A stretch of 64,000 bases of DNA, taken from assembly GCA_963769935.1 (NCBI GenBank), contig CAVYNY010000020.1, positions 64,001-128,000 of the forward strand, read 5' to 3'. Positions within the stretch are counted from its first letter, which is position 1; every line of letters begins with the position of its first letter. Positions 1-9,551 of this stretch are shown piece after piece. The translations under genes were made by a program, and so were the position numbers. The notes beneath the pieces were generated by a model. It ran no database searches. It worked only from the letters and a program-made list of their open reading frames with translations, and had not been told where the DNA came from. This DNA comes from an uncultured delta proteobacterium (GTDB taxonomy: Bacteria; Desulfobacterota; Desulfobacteria; Desulfobacterales; JAFDCJ01).

Positions 1-1063
1 CCATGTGCAGATAGGAATATCCCAGCCGGTCGGCACTATCCATAATCAGCTGGACCCTTTTCTCGTCAAACGGTGAGTGCTCAACCCGCCAGGTTTCCTC
101 GATTCGAATCGGGCAGCCGCGCCGGGCGGCGATATCATCGAAGTCTTTGCGAACCAGCTGCCAGGCCTTAACGGCATGATCGTCGTCCCAGGAGCGGATA
201 TCCACCGTGAAATGAACCTTGTCGGGAATGATGTTGCGAGAATTCGGATAATTTTGAATCTCGCCGACGGTGGCCACCATATTGCCTCCCATGCGGTCCG
301 GAAGCTCATTGACCTTCAGGATCATTTCGGCAGCCGCGCAAAGGGCGTCGTGCCGGCCTTCCATGGGGGTCGGCCCCACCTGGTTGGCTTCGCCCTCCAG
401 ATAAACGTCATACCAATGCAGGCACAGAATTCCTTTGGGAGCCCCGATCAGCTTGCCCTCTCTTTCCAGAATCGGTCCCTGTTCAATGTGGAACTCGTAA
501 TAGCAGTGAACGGGCCACTTTTTGCAGGGAGCGGTGCCTTTGTATCCGATGCGGGTCAGTTCGTCTTCAAAGCGTTTCCCACTGATATCGGTGCGGCTAT
601 AGACCCAGTCTTTTTCGAGCGCTCCGGCCCACACCCCGGAGGCCACCATGGCCGGCGCAAAGCGGGAGCCTTCCTCATTGGTCCAATCCACGATGATAAT
701 GGGACGTTCGGTTTCAATGCTGTTGGCCTGCAATGTTCTTAAGACCTCCAAAGTGCCCATAACCCCTAAGATGCCGTCAAATCGCCCCCCCTTGGGCTGG
801 GAATCGATATGCGAGCCGCTCATCACCGGCGGCAGATCGTTGTTGCGGCCCGCCCGCCGGCCGAAGATATTGCCCATTTCGTCGACAGTGATTTCAAGAT
901 CCAGTTCTTTCAGCCACTTAACGAAAAGATCCCGGGCCTGCTTGTCTTGGTCGGTCAGGGTCAATCGCTGCACCCCGCCGCCCGGCGTGGCACCGATTCT
1001 GGCCATTTCTTCCAGCGTACTTTGCAGCCGCGCACCGTTTACACGTAAATCTTTCAAATCCAT
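1..1063 (-). CDS. Zn-dependent M20-family amidohydrolase (N-carbamoyl-L-amino acid hydrolase / beta-ureidopropionase / allantoate amidohydrolase-like); 3' end lies outside the window
   Basis: Not in the ORF track because it is open at the window edge. Manual translation from ATG 1063 gives MDLKDLRVNGARLQSTLEEMARIG...GSHIDSQPKGGRFDGILG...WTNEEGSRF...EFHIEQGPILE, with typical metal-binding motifs. GGGAGG RBS upstream. Confidence 0.9.
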   Translation of the reverse strand, partial: MDLKDLRVNGARLQSTLEEMARIGATPGGGVQRLTLTDQDKQARDLFVKWLKELDLEITVDEMGNIFGRRAGRNNDLPPVMSGSHIDSQPKGGRFDGILGVMGTLEVLRTLQANSIETERPIIIVDWTNEEGSRFAPAMVASGVWAGALEKDWVYSRTDISGKRFEDELTRIGYKGTAPCKKWPVHCYYEFHIEQGPILEREGKLIGAPKGILCLHWYDVYLEGEANQVGPTPMEGRHDALCAAAEMILKVNELPDRMGGNMVATVGEIQNYPNSRNIIPDKVHFTVDIRSWDDDHAVKAWQLVRKDFDDIAARRGCPIRIEETWRVEHSPFDEKRVQLIMDSADRLGYSYLHM

Positions 1064-1096
1064 TATTCTTCCTCCCTTACCCGGACGAGCCGGAAT

Positions 1097-1217
1097 TGAA
1101 AATTGAAGATTGCAAATTGAAGATTGATGGATGTTGCTTTGCGCCGTCTTTTTTAAAATAGATGCGCCGATGGCAGACCTTAAATATTCAATCTTCAATC
1201 GAAAATATTCAATATTA
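1097..1217. repeat. Intergenic ATTGAA(N) heptamer inverted-repeat element, copy 1
   Basis: attgaaa-attgaag-attgcaa-attgaag arm followed by the complementary arm attcaatcttcaatcgaaaatattcaat. Confidence 0.75.
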
Positions 1218-1236
1218 AATATGTCGCTGTGTATAA

Positions 1237-1686
1237 TCAAAATAATCTTATCAGCACAACCCCCCCTACCAGCAGAACCACCCCCAGCATTCTAAATCCG
1301 TTAATTGGATGTATCGGATAGCCTATCCAACCAAAATGGTCCAACGCAATGGAGGACAGCATTTGGCCGGCGACAATCAGGGCTATCATTGATGCGGCTC
1401 CCAGCCTCGGTGCAAGCACCACGGTCGAGGCAACCAGAAACGCGCCCAGCAACCCTCCGCTCCATATCCACCAGGGATAGCGGACGATGTTGGCCCCCGC
1501 CGGCCAGGGAGTGCGTAAAATCAAGGCATAGACGGCGAGCCCGATGGTGCCGACCGCAAAGGAGATCGTGGCGGTCAAAATGGCCGAATTGCTCCAAAGA
1601 TTGAGTTGCGCATTGATGCCGGCCTGGGTCGGCAGGCAGAAACCGGCGACGACAGCAAGCAATATATAAGGCCACGCAGAGGTCAT
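1237..1686 (-). CDS. DMT-superfamily membrane transporter (YdcZ/DUF606-like)
   Basis: ~150 aa hydrophobic protein; Q-x-GIN, WxWxGGLLGA and GQ...LDHFGW motifs. Confidence 0.88.
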   Translation of the reverse strand: MTSAWPYILLAVVAGFCLPTQAGINAQLNLWSNSAILTATISFAVGTIGLAVYALILRTPWPAGANIVRYPWWIWSGGLLGAFLVASTVVLAPRLGAASMIALIVAGQMLSSIALDHFGWIGYPIHPINGFRMLGVVLLVGGVVLIRLF

Positions 1687-1776
1687 CACAGTATCCTTTC
1701 ACATCAACGGTAGGCTATCTCGGTCATTGAAAATCCGGTCCTGGGAGCAGGTATTCCTTTCCCGTTTCAGGTTGAG

Positions 1777-1805
1777 ATCATAGGTAAGAAAGATTCGGCT
1801 GTCAA
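1777..1805 (-). promoter_or_regulatory. sigma-70 promoter for the DMT gene
   Basis: TTGACA-N17-TATGAT on the minus strand. Confidence 0.7.
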
Positions 1806-1901
1806 TCTTGAAGACGGAACTAATCCGCCTTGAAAAAAAGGCCATTCATGATTTATTTGCTCTTTACAACTGAAGCGGGTTGTAAATTATCCGCGGATTA
1901 T

Positions 1902-3086
1902 TTACGCAATGGTTCCGATCATAAGCACCGGCCTCAGCCCGCCGTGAAAGATAGGGTGTGCCTCCAGCCGGAAGGGGACTTTATTGGCGAGATGCCTGCT
2001 CGGAGATATGAGAATCACCTTCCAGCCTTTATATTCCTGCTTTAATCGGGCACAAATTTTCATAAACAGCTGTTCGCTCTGTGAACGGTTCTCCAGCCGC
2101 TTTCCATAGGGAGGATTAATGGCCACCAATCCCGCCTGATCGGTCAAAGCACGCGGCAGAAAATCAAAAAAGTCCTGATTGATAACCTTTATGACGTCGG
2201 CCAGCCGGTTTTCGGTCAGACCTTTCTCAAGGCGTCTGCAGGCGAACGGGTCTTTGTCCGATGCGAAAATTGTCGGCAGCCGGGGTTCGGTAAAATGCAC
2301 CTGGCACTGACGCTTGAGATACTCCCATTTCTTCGGACGAAAAGAGGGCCATCCCATAAAGGCAAACTCTCTGAACCACCCCGGCGGAATGTTTTTGGCC
2401 ATCAACGCTGCTTCCAGAGAGAAGGTTCCGGTTCCGCACATGGGATCTATAATGGGTTCGGCGCCGCGGTAGCCGGCCAGCAATAAGGCCGCCGCCGCAA
2501 TCGTTTCACGCAGGGGTGCTGTGCCGGGGTGTAATTTTAAACCGCGTTTGTGAAGGTGCTCACCACTGCTGTCAATGGAGATGGTAAACTGATCATCCAA
2601 ACCCCGCACAAAAATTTTTGGCTCCCATAATTTTTTTTCTTTTCGTTCCCCCTTGTCAGGATCAGTGATGGTATGCTGCGAAATACTGTTCACTAAGCGT
2701 TCGCAAATGGCATCGCTATGATACAGGCGGCAGTGTCTGGTGGTGGTGTGGATCTGCGGGGACGATCCAGCCGGAAGGTAGAGTTCCCATGGGATCTCGG
2801 CCGTTTTTGATTCCAACTGTTTGAAGCTGGATGCCCTGAAACTATGGATGCGCATGAGAATTCGGTTGGCGGTGCGCAAATGCAGGTTTGCCAAATAACA
2901 ATCCTGCAGCAACCCTTCAAATTCAACTCCGCCGTTAACGACGCGTGCATCCTGCTTCGAAAGCCCAAGCGCGGACAGCTCCCGGTAGCAAAGGGGTTCG
3001 GCACCGGGAGCTGTGGCGGCAAAATACGGGCGGCGGCGCCCGATGACATGGCGTTTGATGCGTTTTAATAAGGCGGTTTCGGTCAT
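1902..3086 (-). CDS. THUMP-domain class I SAM-dependent RNA methyltransferase (RlmL/RlmKL N-terminal-like)
   Basis: NLHLRTANRI, SIDSSGEHLHKRG, APLRETIAAA, DPMCGTGT and NPPYG motifs. Start taken at ATG 3086 because the upstream ORF extension is repeat-derived. Confidence 0.9.
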   Translation of the reverse strand: MTETALLKRIKRHVIGRRRPYFAATAPGAEPLCYRELSALGLSKQDARVVNGGVEFEGLLQDCYLANLHLRTANRILMRIHSFRASSFKQLESKTAEIPWELYLPAGSSPQIHTTTRHCRLYHSDAICERLVNSISQHTITDPDKGERKEKKLWEPKIFVRGLDDQFTISIDSSGEHLHKRGLKLHPGTAPLRETIAAAALLLAGYRGAEPIIDPMCGTGTFSLEAALMAKNIPPGWFREFAFMGWPSFRPKKWEYLKRQCQVHFTEPRLPTIFASDKDPFACRRLEKGLTENRLADVIKVINQDFFDFLPRALTDQAGLVAINPPYGKRLENRSQSEQLFMKICARLKQEYKGWKVILISPSRHLANKVPFRLEAHPIFHGGLRPVLMIGTIA

Positions 3087-3141
3087 TGAATCTTGAAATT
3101 TGATATTTATTTGGAATTTGGTGCTTGAGATTTGGAATTTT
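3081..3141. repeat. TTTG/CAAA-rich dispersed repeat arm, copy 1
   Basis: 56/61 nt identical to 19907-19967 by manual alignment; partial copy near 43045-43072. Confidence 0.85.
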
Positions 3142-3298
3142 CTAAATTCATAAATCCTTACCAAAGCTACTGGTCTGGGAATTACTCTAATACTGTCCTG
3201 CAGAGCTCAGCAACCAGTTTGGAACTTCGATTGACATTACCATAGTATTGCTGTATCACAAACCAAATTTACATCGGTTAACTCACAAGGAGGTGGAG

Positions 3299-3727
3299 AT
3301 GGCTGGCATCAATAAGGTGATCTTGATTGGTCGATTAGGAAACGATCCCGAGGTTCGCTATACACCCAGTGGCGCTGCGGTCGCCAATTTCAGCATCGCA
3401 ACATCCGAAGAATGGAAGGATAAGGATACGGGAGAAAAAAAGGAGCGCACTGAATGGCATCGCATAGTAGCTTGGAGAAAGCTTGGTGAAATTTGCGGGG
3501 AGTATCTTTCCAAGGGTCGGCAGGTATACATTGAGGGGCGTATCCAAACTCGTTCCTGGGATGATCAAAGCGGCAACAAAAAATATACTACCGAAATAAT
3601 CGCTACGGATGTTCAGTTTCTTGGCGGGAGGGATACTGCCGATACGGCACGGCCTCAAGGCGCCCCTGTTCCGGATTATCCGGGAACTCCCGCGTCCGGG
3701 CCCAACGATGATGATATTCCGTTTTAA
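3299..3727 (+). CDS. ssb: single-stranded DNA-binding protein
   Basis: [14 protein letters not shown]...TEWHRIV and C-terminal DDDIPF; AGGAGG RBS; upstream TTGACA-N17-TATCAC at 3231-3259. Confidence 0.98.
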   Translation: MAGINKVILIGRLGNDPEVRYTPSGAAVANFSIATSEEWKDKDTGEKKERTEWHRIVAWRKLGEICGEYLSKGRQVYIEGRIQTRSWDDQSGNKKYTTEIIATDVQFLGGRDTADTARPQGAPVPDYPGTPASGPNDDDIPF

Positions 3728-3813
3728 TTGAAGGGTTAATATTTCAACGGGTTATCCATCGCAGTCGGCTGCGTGAAGCGGAATACGAGCGACACTCGAA
3801 TTTATCAGTTAAA

Positions 3814-3848
3814 AAGGGCAGTCTGATTCCTCTTCAGTTACTGCCCTT
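3814..3848. terminator. Probable terminator between convergent ssb and tatA
   Basis: aagggcagt...actgccctt stem, with an A-run on the left that gives a U-tract on the minus strand. Confidence 0.6.
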
Positions 3849-3898
3849 CAACTACTCGTCAAAAGATCATCCTTGAATGTTTGTTACCCCGAAGCTTT

Positions 3899-4081
3899 TC
3901 AGCTTTTTTTATCTTCTTCTATCTTTTCAGGTTCCTTTTTTTCTTCCTCATTGGATGCGCCTTTGAAGTTTCTTATGGCTTTCCCCATTCCGGCGCCTAT
4001 TTCCGGCAGCTTGCCTGCACCGAAGATTATTAGAATGATGACTAAGATTATAATTAGTTCCGGCATACCAATTCCAAACAT
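3899..4081 (-). CDS. tatA: Tat translocase subunit TatA
   Basis: [29 protein letters not shown]...[16 protein letters not shown]. Confidence 0.97.
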   Translation of the reverse strand: MFGIGMPELIIILVIILIIFGAGKLPEIGAGMGKAIRNFKGASNEEEKKEPEKIEEDKKS

Positions 4082-4092
4082 AATACCTCCTA

Positions 4093-4503
4093 TTACTCCG
4101 GCCCGGTGTGTTTGAGTTCATTGAGAAGTCGCATGAACTCCTTTGATTTCAAATACCGATCGACGCTGCTTTGATATTCGATCCATTTCCCCCAGGCATC
4201 AATCCAGGCCTCATTGTGCCAGTAGCAGTCCGGGTCTCCGGCTCCCTTGAGCCGTTCGATATAGTCTATATATTCATCGGAGCACGCTTCGCAAAAATTA
4301 TAAGGTACATTGAGCTTGCGACGGTATTGCGCACCGCCGCTCGAATCGCTGTCAATCTGAGTGCCGCATTTTTCACATTTAAAGGCACAGTGGGTGCACT
4401 GAAAGACTTTGCGAACAGCCAGAACCTTGCGTTTTTTTAATACTCCGGCCTGTTTTTCATCTGCCAGGCCTTTTTTATCTTTAAACGAAATGATATTCGT
4501 CAC
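4093..4503 (-). CDS. Cys-rich hypothetical protein, probable metal-binding
   Basis: 136 aa; [11 protein letters not shown]...CEAC...C; ends 12 nt before tatA. Confidence 0.75.
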   Translation of the reverse strand: MTNIISFKDKKGLADEKQAGVLKKRKVLAVRKVFQCTHCAFKCEKCGTQIDSDSSGGAQYRRKLNVPYNFCEACSDEYIDYIERLKGAGDPDCYWHNEAWIDAWGKWIEYQSSVDRYLKSKEFMRLLNELKHTGPE

Positions 4504-4886
4504 CGGGCACTCCGGATACGCAGCTCGTGAAAAAATTACCTAATTGTTATACACAGCGTCGCAATTAATGCTGCATTCGCCTTTTTATGGTTGATTTTCA
4601 AACTACGGTCTATAGCCAACTAGCGGTCCATCTTCGTGCAATGATCTATGCCGATATGCACAGCAGTCGATTATCGAACGCAACGAAATATACCACCCGG
4701 CTATAACCGTGTCAATCCTTTCAATTTGCTATTTGCATGTTTTGAATTGCGGGGGGGGGGGGAAAAATTGTTTTACCGCCATGTGGCACTCTATCTAAAT
4801 CTTGCCAATCAAATTTGTCCGTGTTAATTTAAAAATTTTCGCAATCATATTTTGCCGATGACGTCCTGCCGCAAGGAGTTTCAAAA

Positions 4887-5954
4887 ATGACTAAATTGTT
4901 TCAGGCCAATGGTATGGCCACCATGATCGGCAGTCTCCCGCTGACGGACCACGGGGAAGCCATCGACCTGATTTGGGAACATACACCCGAAATTCCGTTC
5001 TGGGCGCAGCTTACGGCGCATCAGGAAGAGGGGATGATGGCCCAATTTACCCGGGGTCTGCCGGGTATCTGCCGTGAAAACGGCGCCATCTATATCAATA
5101 CGGACAGCGGAACTTTCGACGAGGAACTGCTTCAATTCTTTGAAGAATATATGCGAGTGAGTGACGGCGAAATCGACTTGGAAGCTTCACGCTTTATCCT
5201 GACCGAGGATACCGCCCGAGGCTTTTTTTTCCTGTTGAAGCGTCTTGCGAGCCTGCCCGCAGCCCCCATAGCAGTTAAAGGGCAAATTACCGGTCCCTTC
5301 ACACTGGGGACGGGCATCGCTGATCAGAACAAACGGGCAATCTTTTATGATGTGCAGTTAAGAGATGCCGTGGTTAAACTTTTAGCCATGAAAGCCCGTT
5401 GGCAGGTGCGCCGGTTGTCTCGATACGTGCAGCCGGTCCTTATTTTTATTGATGAACCCGGTCTGGCCGGTTTCGGATCATCGGAGTTTACCAGCATTTC
5501 CCGCAATGATATCAGTCAATGCCTTGAGGAAGTCTGCGAAGCCGTACACGGGGAAGGCGGATTAGCCGGTGTCCACGTGTGTGCCAATACCGACTGGTCA
5601 CTGGTACTTGAATCTTCGGCCGATATTATCAGTTTTGATGCCTATGGCTATTTTGACCGATTCATCCTTTATCCCGCTCAGATTAAGAAATTTCTTGAAT
5701 CCGGCAAAATATTGGCCTGGGGTATCGTGCCGACTTTAAACGCACAGCAGATTGGACGGGAAACCGGCGGCTCCCTTTTCGAACAATGGCGGGAGAAAGC
5801 CAAACAACTGGAAGCACTTGGGACGAATATGCCGAAGTTGATAAGCCAGTCCCTAGTTACGCCAAGCTGCGGCGTTGGATCCTTGGATCTTGCATCTGCT
5901 GAAAAGGTTTTAAAATTAACCGGAGCGGTTTCCCGGCAGATAAGGAGCCTGTGA
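4887..5954 (+). CDS. Core (single-barrel) MetE-like methionine synthase, probably the folate-independent, corrinoid-dependent type
   Basis: 355 aa; IGSLP, KGQITGPFT, FIDEP, HVC, SFDAY, WGIVP and TPSCG (Zn ligands H-x-C...D...C); no N-terminal MetE half. Confidence 0.8.
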   Translation: MTKLFQANGMATMIGSLPLTDHGEAIDLIWEHTPEIPFWAQLTAHQEEGMMAQFTRGLPGICRENGAIYINTDSGTFDEELLQFFEEYMRVSDGEIDLEASRFILTEDTARGFFFLLKRLASLPAAPIAVKGQITGPFTLGTGIADQNKRAIFYDVQLRDAVVKLLAMKARWQVRRLSRYVQPVLIFIDEPGLAGFGSSEFTSISRNDISQCLEEVCEAVHGEGGLAGVHVCANTDWSLVLESSADIISFDAYGYFDRFILYPAQIKKFLESGKILAWGIVPTLNAQQIGRETGGSLFEQWREKAKQLEALGTNMPKLISQSLVTPSCGVGSLDLASAEKVLKLTGAVSRQIRSL

Positions 5955-6029
5955 TTTTCTGGCAGGGTGTCTATCGAAATGAGCATAGCGTTTAAAGCTA
6001 AAATTTAAACCGAAAGGACAAAGGATCCG

Positions 6030-6884
6030 ATGGTGGACAATTACAGAGTAAACCCGTTTGCAGGGGCGACCCGCTACGTTTTAGATGAAGAATTGGCTAA
6101 GATTGTGAATATATCGATGGCACTGGAAATGCCGCTGCTTTTGAAAGGCGAGCCCGGCACCGGCAAAACCATGCTGGCGCATGCAATTGCGGAAAGTCTG
6201 AAAATGCCCTTGATCGTGCTCAACGTTAAGTCAAGTATGAAGCTGGTCGAAGCCTTGTACCAGTATGATACCTTGACACGGCTGAACGACAGCCGTTTTG
6301 GAGACTCCCAACGCAATGTCAGCAACATTGAGGACTATATAAAAATGGGCAAGATCGGCCAGGCGTTTACGGCGCCGCATAGAACCGTGCTCCTGATCGA
6401 TGAAATCGACAAAGCGGATACTGATTTTCAAGATGACATGCTGGATGTGCTGGACCAGATGGAGTTTGATATCATAGAAATCGATAAAACCGTCTCGGCC
6501 AAATTCCGACCGGTGATCATCATAACCTCCAATGCCAAAAAAGATTTGTCCGACCCTTTCTTAGGGCGCTGCAATTTCCACCACATTGCCTTTCCCGACG
6601 CGGATATGATGCGCAGAATAATCGGGGTGCATTTCCCGGCTTTGGATTCCGTGCTCATGGAAAACGCCGTTGCTGCGTTTTATCGGATGCGCAAAGTGGA
6701 GGCCGTCGAGAAGAAGCCCGCTACCCGCGAACTGATAAATTGGATCAGGGCGTTGCAGGCCGACCCCGACTTTAATCCAAAGCAGCTGGTGAAAGGGGAA
6801 CTGCCGTATCTGGGGGTGTTGTTCAAGAAGAGCCAGGACTATGTCCGGGCCCAGCATGCGGTCAACGGGCGGCGGATAAATTAA
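6030..6884 (+). CDS. MoxR-family AAA+ ATPase
   Basis: Walker A GEPGTGKT; Walker B LLIDEIDKAD; ITSN. Confidence 0.92.
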   Translation: MVDNYRVNPFAGATRYVLDEELAKIVNISMALEMPLLLKGEPGTGKTMLAHAIAESLKMPLIVLNVKSSMKLVEALYQYDTLTRLNDSRFGDSQRNVSNIEDYIKMGKIGQAFTAPHRTVLLIDEIDKADTDFQDDMLDVLDQMEFDIIEIDKTVSAKFRPVIIITSNAKKDLSDPFLGRCNFHHIAFPDADMMRRIIGVHFPALDSVLMENAVAAFYRMRKVEAVEKKPATRELINWIRALQADPDFNPKQLVKGELPYLGVLFKKSQDYVRAQHAVNGRRIN

Positions 6885-6894
6885 ATAAGCTCAA

Positions 6895-6970
6895 CGTTCA
6901 AGGCTGAAGGCTCAAAGTAAAGCGACTTTTTCTTTTTAACTATGAACTATCAGCTATGAGCTATCAGCTT
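6895..6970. repeat. Intergenic heptamer repeat (AGCTATG/A type) with an inverted partner
   Basis: aactatg-aactatc-agctatg-agctatc-agct preceded by caaggct-gaaggct-caaag. Confidence 0.6.
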
Positions 6971-6988
6971 TAAAGCGAAGCTTTAACC

Positions 6989-8179
6989 ATGTTTATCGAT
7001 TATTTTTATAAATTAAAGAACGTCGGAATACCGGTCAGCCCTACCGCTTTTCTGACCCTTCAGCGGGCGCTCAGCAGTGGTCTGGTCGCTACGCTGGATG
7101 ATTTTTATACGGTTTCGCGGGCGATTCTTGTTAAAAGCGAGCGCTATTTTGATCTGTTCGACCAGGTTTTTGCGCATTATTTCCGGGGCGCTGAATTGCC
7201 CGATTCGGAGGGCATCGAACTCGATGAACTGGCGCGAACCATGCTGGCAGCCTGGCTGCAAAATCCTGAGGAACTTTCCAAACTGCTGGGCGTGGACGAG
7301 TCGGCTCTGGCCAAGCTTACCCCCGAGGAATTGATCGAATATTTTAAAGAGCGTCTGAAGGAGCAGACCGAGGCGCATCACGGCGGCGGGAAATGGATCG
7401 GCACGCGGGGATACTCCCCGGTAGGTCATTCCGGCTACCACCCCGGAGGGATGCGGGTGAGCGGTGTTTCCAGAAATAAATCAGCCGTAAAAGTGGCCAT
7501 GGACAGGCGCTACAAAGACTATTCGCTCAGCGGACCGCTTACCCATGCCCTGGTGGGAGAGGCCTTGAAAAGGCTGCGGAATATGATCCCCGTGGGTCCC
7601 AAAGACCAGGTAAATATTGATAAAACAATTTACCAGACGATGAAAAATGCCGGGGAGATCGAGATTATCTTTGACAGGCGGCTAAAGGATCGCTTGAAAA
7701 TAATGCTTGCCATTGACAACGGCGGCTGGTCCATGGATCCGTATATCCCGGTCGTCCAGACCATTTTTGATTATGCCAAGGCCCAATTCAAGGATATAAA
7801 AACCTATTTTTTTCACAATACGATTTATTCCAACCTGTGGGAAGATACGGCGCGGTATAAAAAACCGCAGCGGATCGAAGAGTTTGCCCGTCTCGACCCC
7901 CAGACCCGGTTGATCATTGTCGGAGACGCCAGCATGGCCCCGTACGAGCTGATGGCCAGCGACGGTTCCATCCACATTGAAGAGCGCAGCGGCCTGCCAA
8001 GTATTGAATGTCTGAATCTTCTTGCCAAAACTTTCCCCCACTCGGTCTGGTTGAATCCCGTGCCTGCCGGCATGTGGCATTACACCCGCACGATCAGCGC
8101 CATCCGTGAAATTTTTCCCATGTTTGAGTTGACCATTGACGGACTGGAGCAGGCGGTGATGCAGCTTATGATGAAATAG
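6989..8179 (+). CDS. VWA-domain protein (CoxE-like), partner of the MoxR ATPase
   Basis: MIDAS-like DNGGWSM, YFFHN, IVGDASMAPYEL and VWLNP motifs. Confidence 0.85.
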   Translation: MFIDYFYKLKNVGIPVSPTAFLTLQRALSSGLVATLDDFYTVSRAILVKSERYFDLFDQVFAHYFRGAELPDSEGIELDELARTMLAAWLQNPEELSKLLGVDESALAKLTPEELIEYFKERLKEQTEAHHGGGKWIGTRGYSPVGHSGYHPGGMRVSGVSRNKSAVKVAMDRRYKDYSLSGPLTHALVGEALKRLRNMIPVGPKDQVNIDKTIYQTMKNAGEIEIIFDRRLKDRLKIMLAIDNGGWSMDPYIPVVQTIFDYAKAQFKDIKTYFFHNTIYSNLWEDTARYKKPQRIEEFARLDPQTRLIIVGDASMAPYELMASDGSIHIEERSGLPSIECLNLLAKTFPHSVWLNPVPAGMWHYTRTISAIREIFPMFELTIDGLEQAVMQLMMK

Positions 8180-8392
8180 GATAGAAGCTTGAATGCCGGA
8201 AGGTCGGGAAGGTTTATTATAGCATTGAAAACCTTGTTCTCTGGGTCAGGTCAGAGAAGATTGGCTTTGCCGTGAATGAATGTCTTGGAGTATTGGCCCG
8301 CCCTGGCGCGACGTACTGAGAATTTAAAGCATGGTTTTACCGTTCTTTACTTGCCTTCCAATACTGTCAACCCCGGTGTAGGTCAGGACAAT

Positions 8393-9175
8393 TCAACCAT
8401 TCAATCCATACAATTGACATGTATTCTGCCAGACAATTTGAGCCAGTTCAGCCGGGTCCTCTTTTCGCACTTCAGCCAACTTCATAAGGACCGATTTTAC
8501 AAAGGCGGGTTCATTGCGTCGGTTGTGTTTTTTTTCCGCTGCCGGAACCAGATACGGTGCATCGGTTTCCACCAGCAGACGGTCGGCCGGTATGGTGGGG
8601 ACGAGTTGGCGCAGTTGAGCCCCGCGGCTTTCCATGGTTAAAATACCGGTAATGCCGATGTGAAGCCCCAAAGCAAGGTATTGATCGAGTTCGTCCAGAT
8701 CGCCGCTGAAACAGTGGACAACCCCGTTTATTTCAGCAAGCCCCTGACCTTTAAGGATTTCAAGAAAGCGGCCGTTGCTGTCCCGCTCGTGAAATATCAT
8801 CGGCATTCCCAATCCGCCGGCAATTTCGAGTTGTCTTTCAAACCATTTTTCCTGATCCTTCCTGGGTGAGTGCATGCGGTTGAAATCCAGGCCGATTTCC
8901 CCCCAGGCGCGAACCTGTTCGGTTTTGGCGAGACCGGTAAGATAGCGGAGTACGGGTTCGCTGCAATTTTTTACATCGTGCGGATGGACCCCTACCGAGG
9001 CATAGACGCCTTTGAGGGATTGGGCCAGTGAAACCGCCTTACCGGAGGTTCTCGCGTCAACGCCGACGGTCATCATGCGCATAACCCCGGCCTCGTGTGC
9101 ACGATCCAAAACAGCGTTGAAATCTTTAGCATAGGATTTGTCATCAAGATGACAGTGACTGTCGAAAATTTTCAT
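8393..9175 (-). CDS. tatD: TatD-family nuclease
   Basis: DSHCHL, GVHPH, GEIGLD, HERD, HCFSG, ETDAPYL and RNEP motifs. Confidence 0.95.
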   Translation of the reverse strand: MKIFDSHCHLDDKSYAKDFNAVLDRAHEAGVMRMMTVGVDARTSGKAVSLAQSLKGVYASVGVHPHDVKNCSEPVLRYLTGLAKTEQVRAWGEIGLDFNRMHSPRKDQEKWFERQLEIAGGLGMPMIFHERDSNGRFLEILKGQGLAEINGVVHCFSGDLDELDQYLALGLHIGITGILTMESRGAQLRQLVPTIPADRLLVETDAPYLVPAAEKKHNRRNEPAFVKSVLMKLAEVRKEDPAELAQIVWQNTCQLYGLNG

Positions 9176-9260
9176 AATAATTAATCCGCCTGCGCTTCGG
9201 TCTAACTCCTTTTTAGGCCCTTAGTTGTGGTTTCTTTGCGTTTTATGGAAAAATATTTTT

Positions 9261-9341
9261 ATCACGAAAACACGGAACCTTGAAAGTACGAAATTTATCT
9301 TGTCCGCTTTTCGTGGTTTCGTCCTTTCGTGCTTTCGTGAT
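9261..9341. repeat. Intergenic inverted-repeat element of CACGAAA/TTTCGTG units
   Basis: atcacgaaaacacggaa...tacgaaa paired with tttcgtggtttcgtcctttcgtgctttcgtgat. Confidence 0.7.
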
Positions 9342-9551
9342 TAATTTGTCCTTTTTGCTTCCGGCTTGTCCGGGTTAGGTTTTCAAAGAGCAAATTTCAA
9401 CCAGAATATGGTATATTTCGGAGCGGATTAATTATCCTTGATTTAATTCATGGCTTTTGAGAATATGCTCTTTTCAAATGGCTGATACCACGGCCCTCAC
9501 TCATCGGACGGTCGGCTGCAAAAATATCGAAATAAACGCTGGAGGTCTATA

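Noticed and set aside
77..1106. Plus-strand ORFs 77-742, 648-1106 and 809-1048
   Set aside because: Antisense shadows of the minus-strand amidohydrolase. The same applies to other long overlapping ORFs such as 32215-33072, 56939-57883 and 60824-61762.
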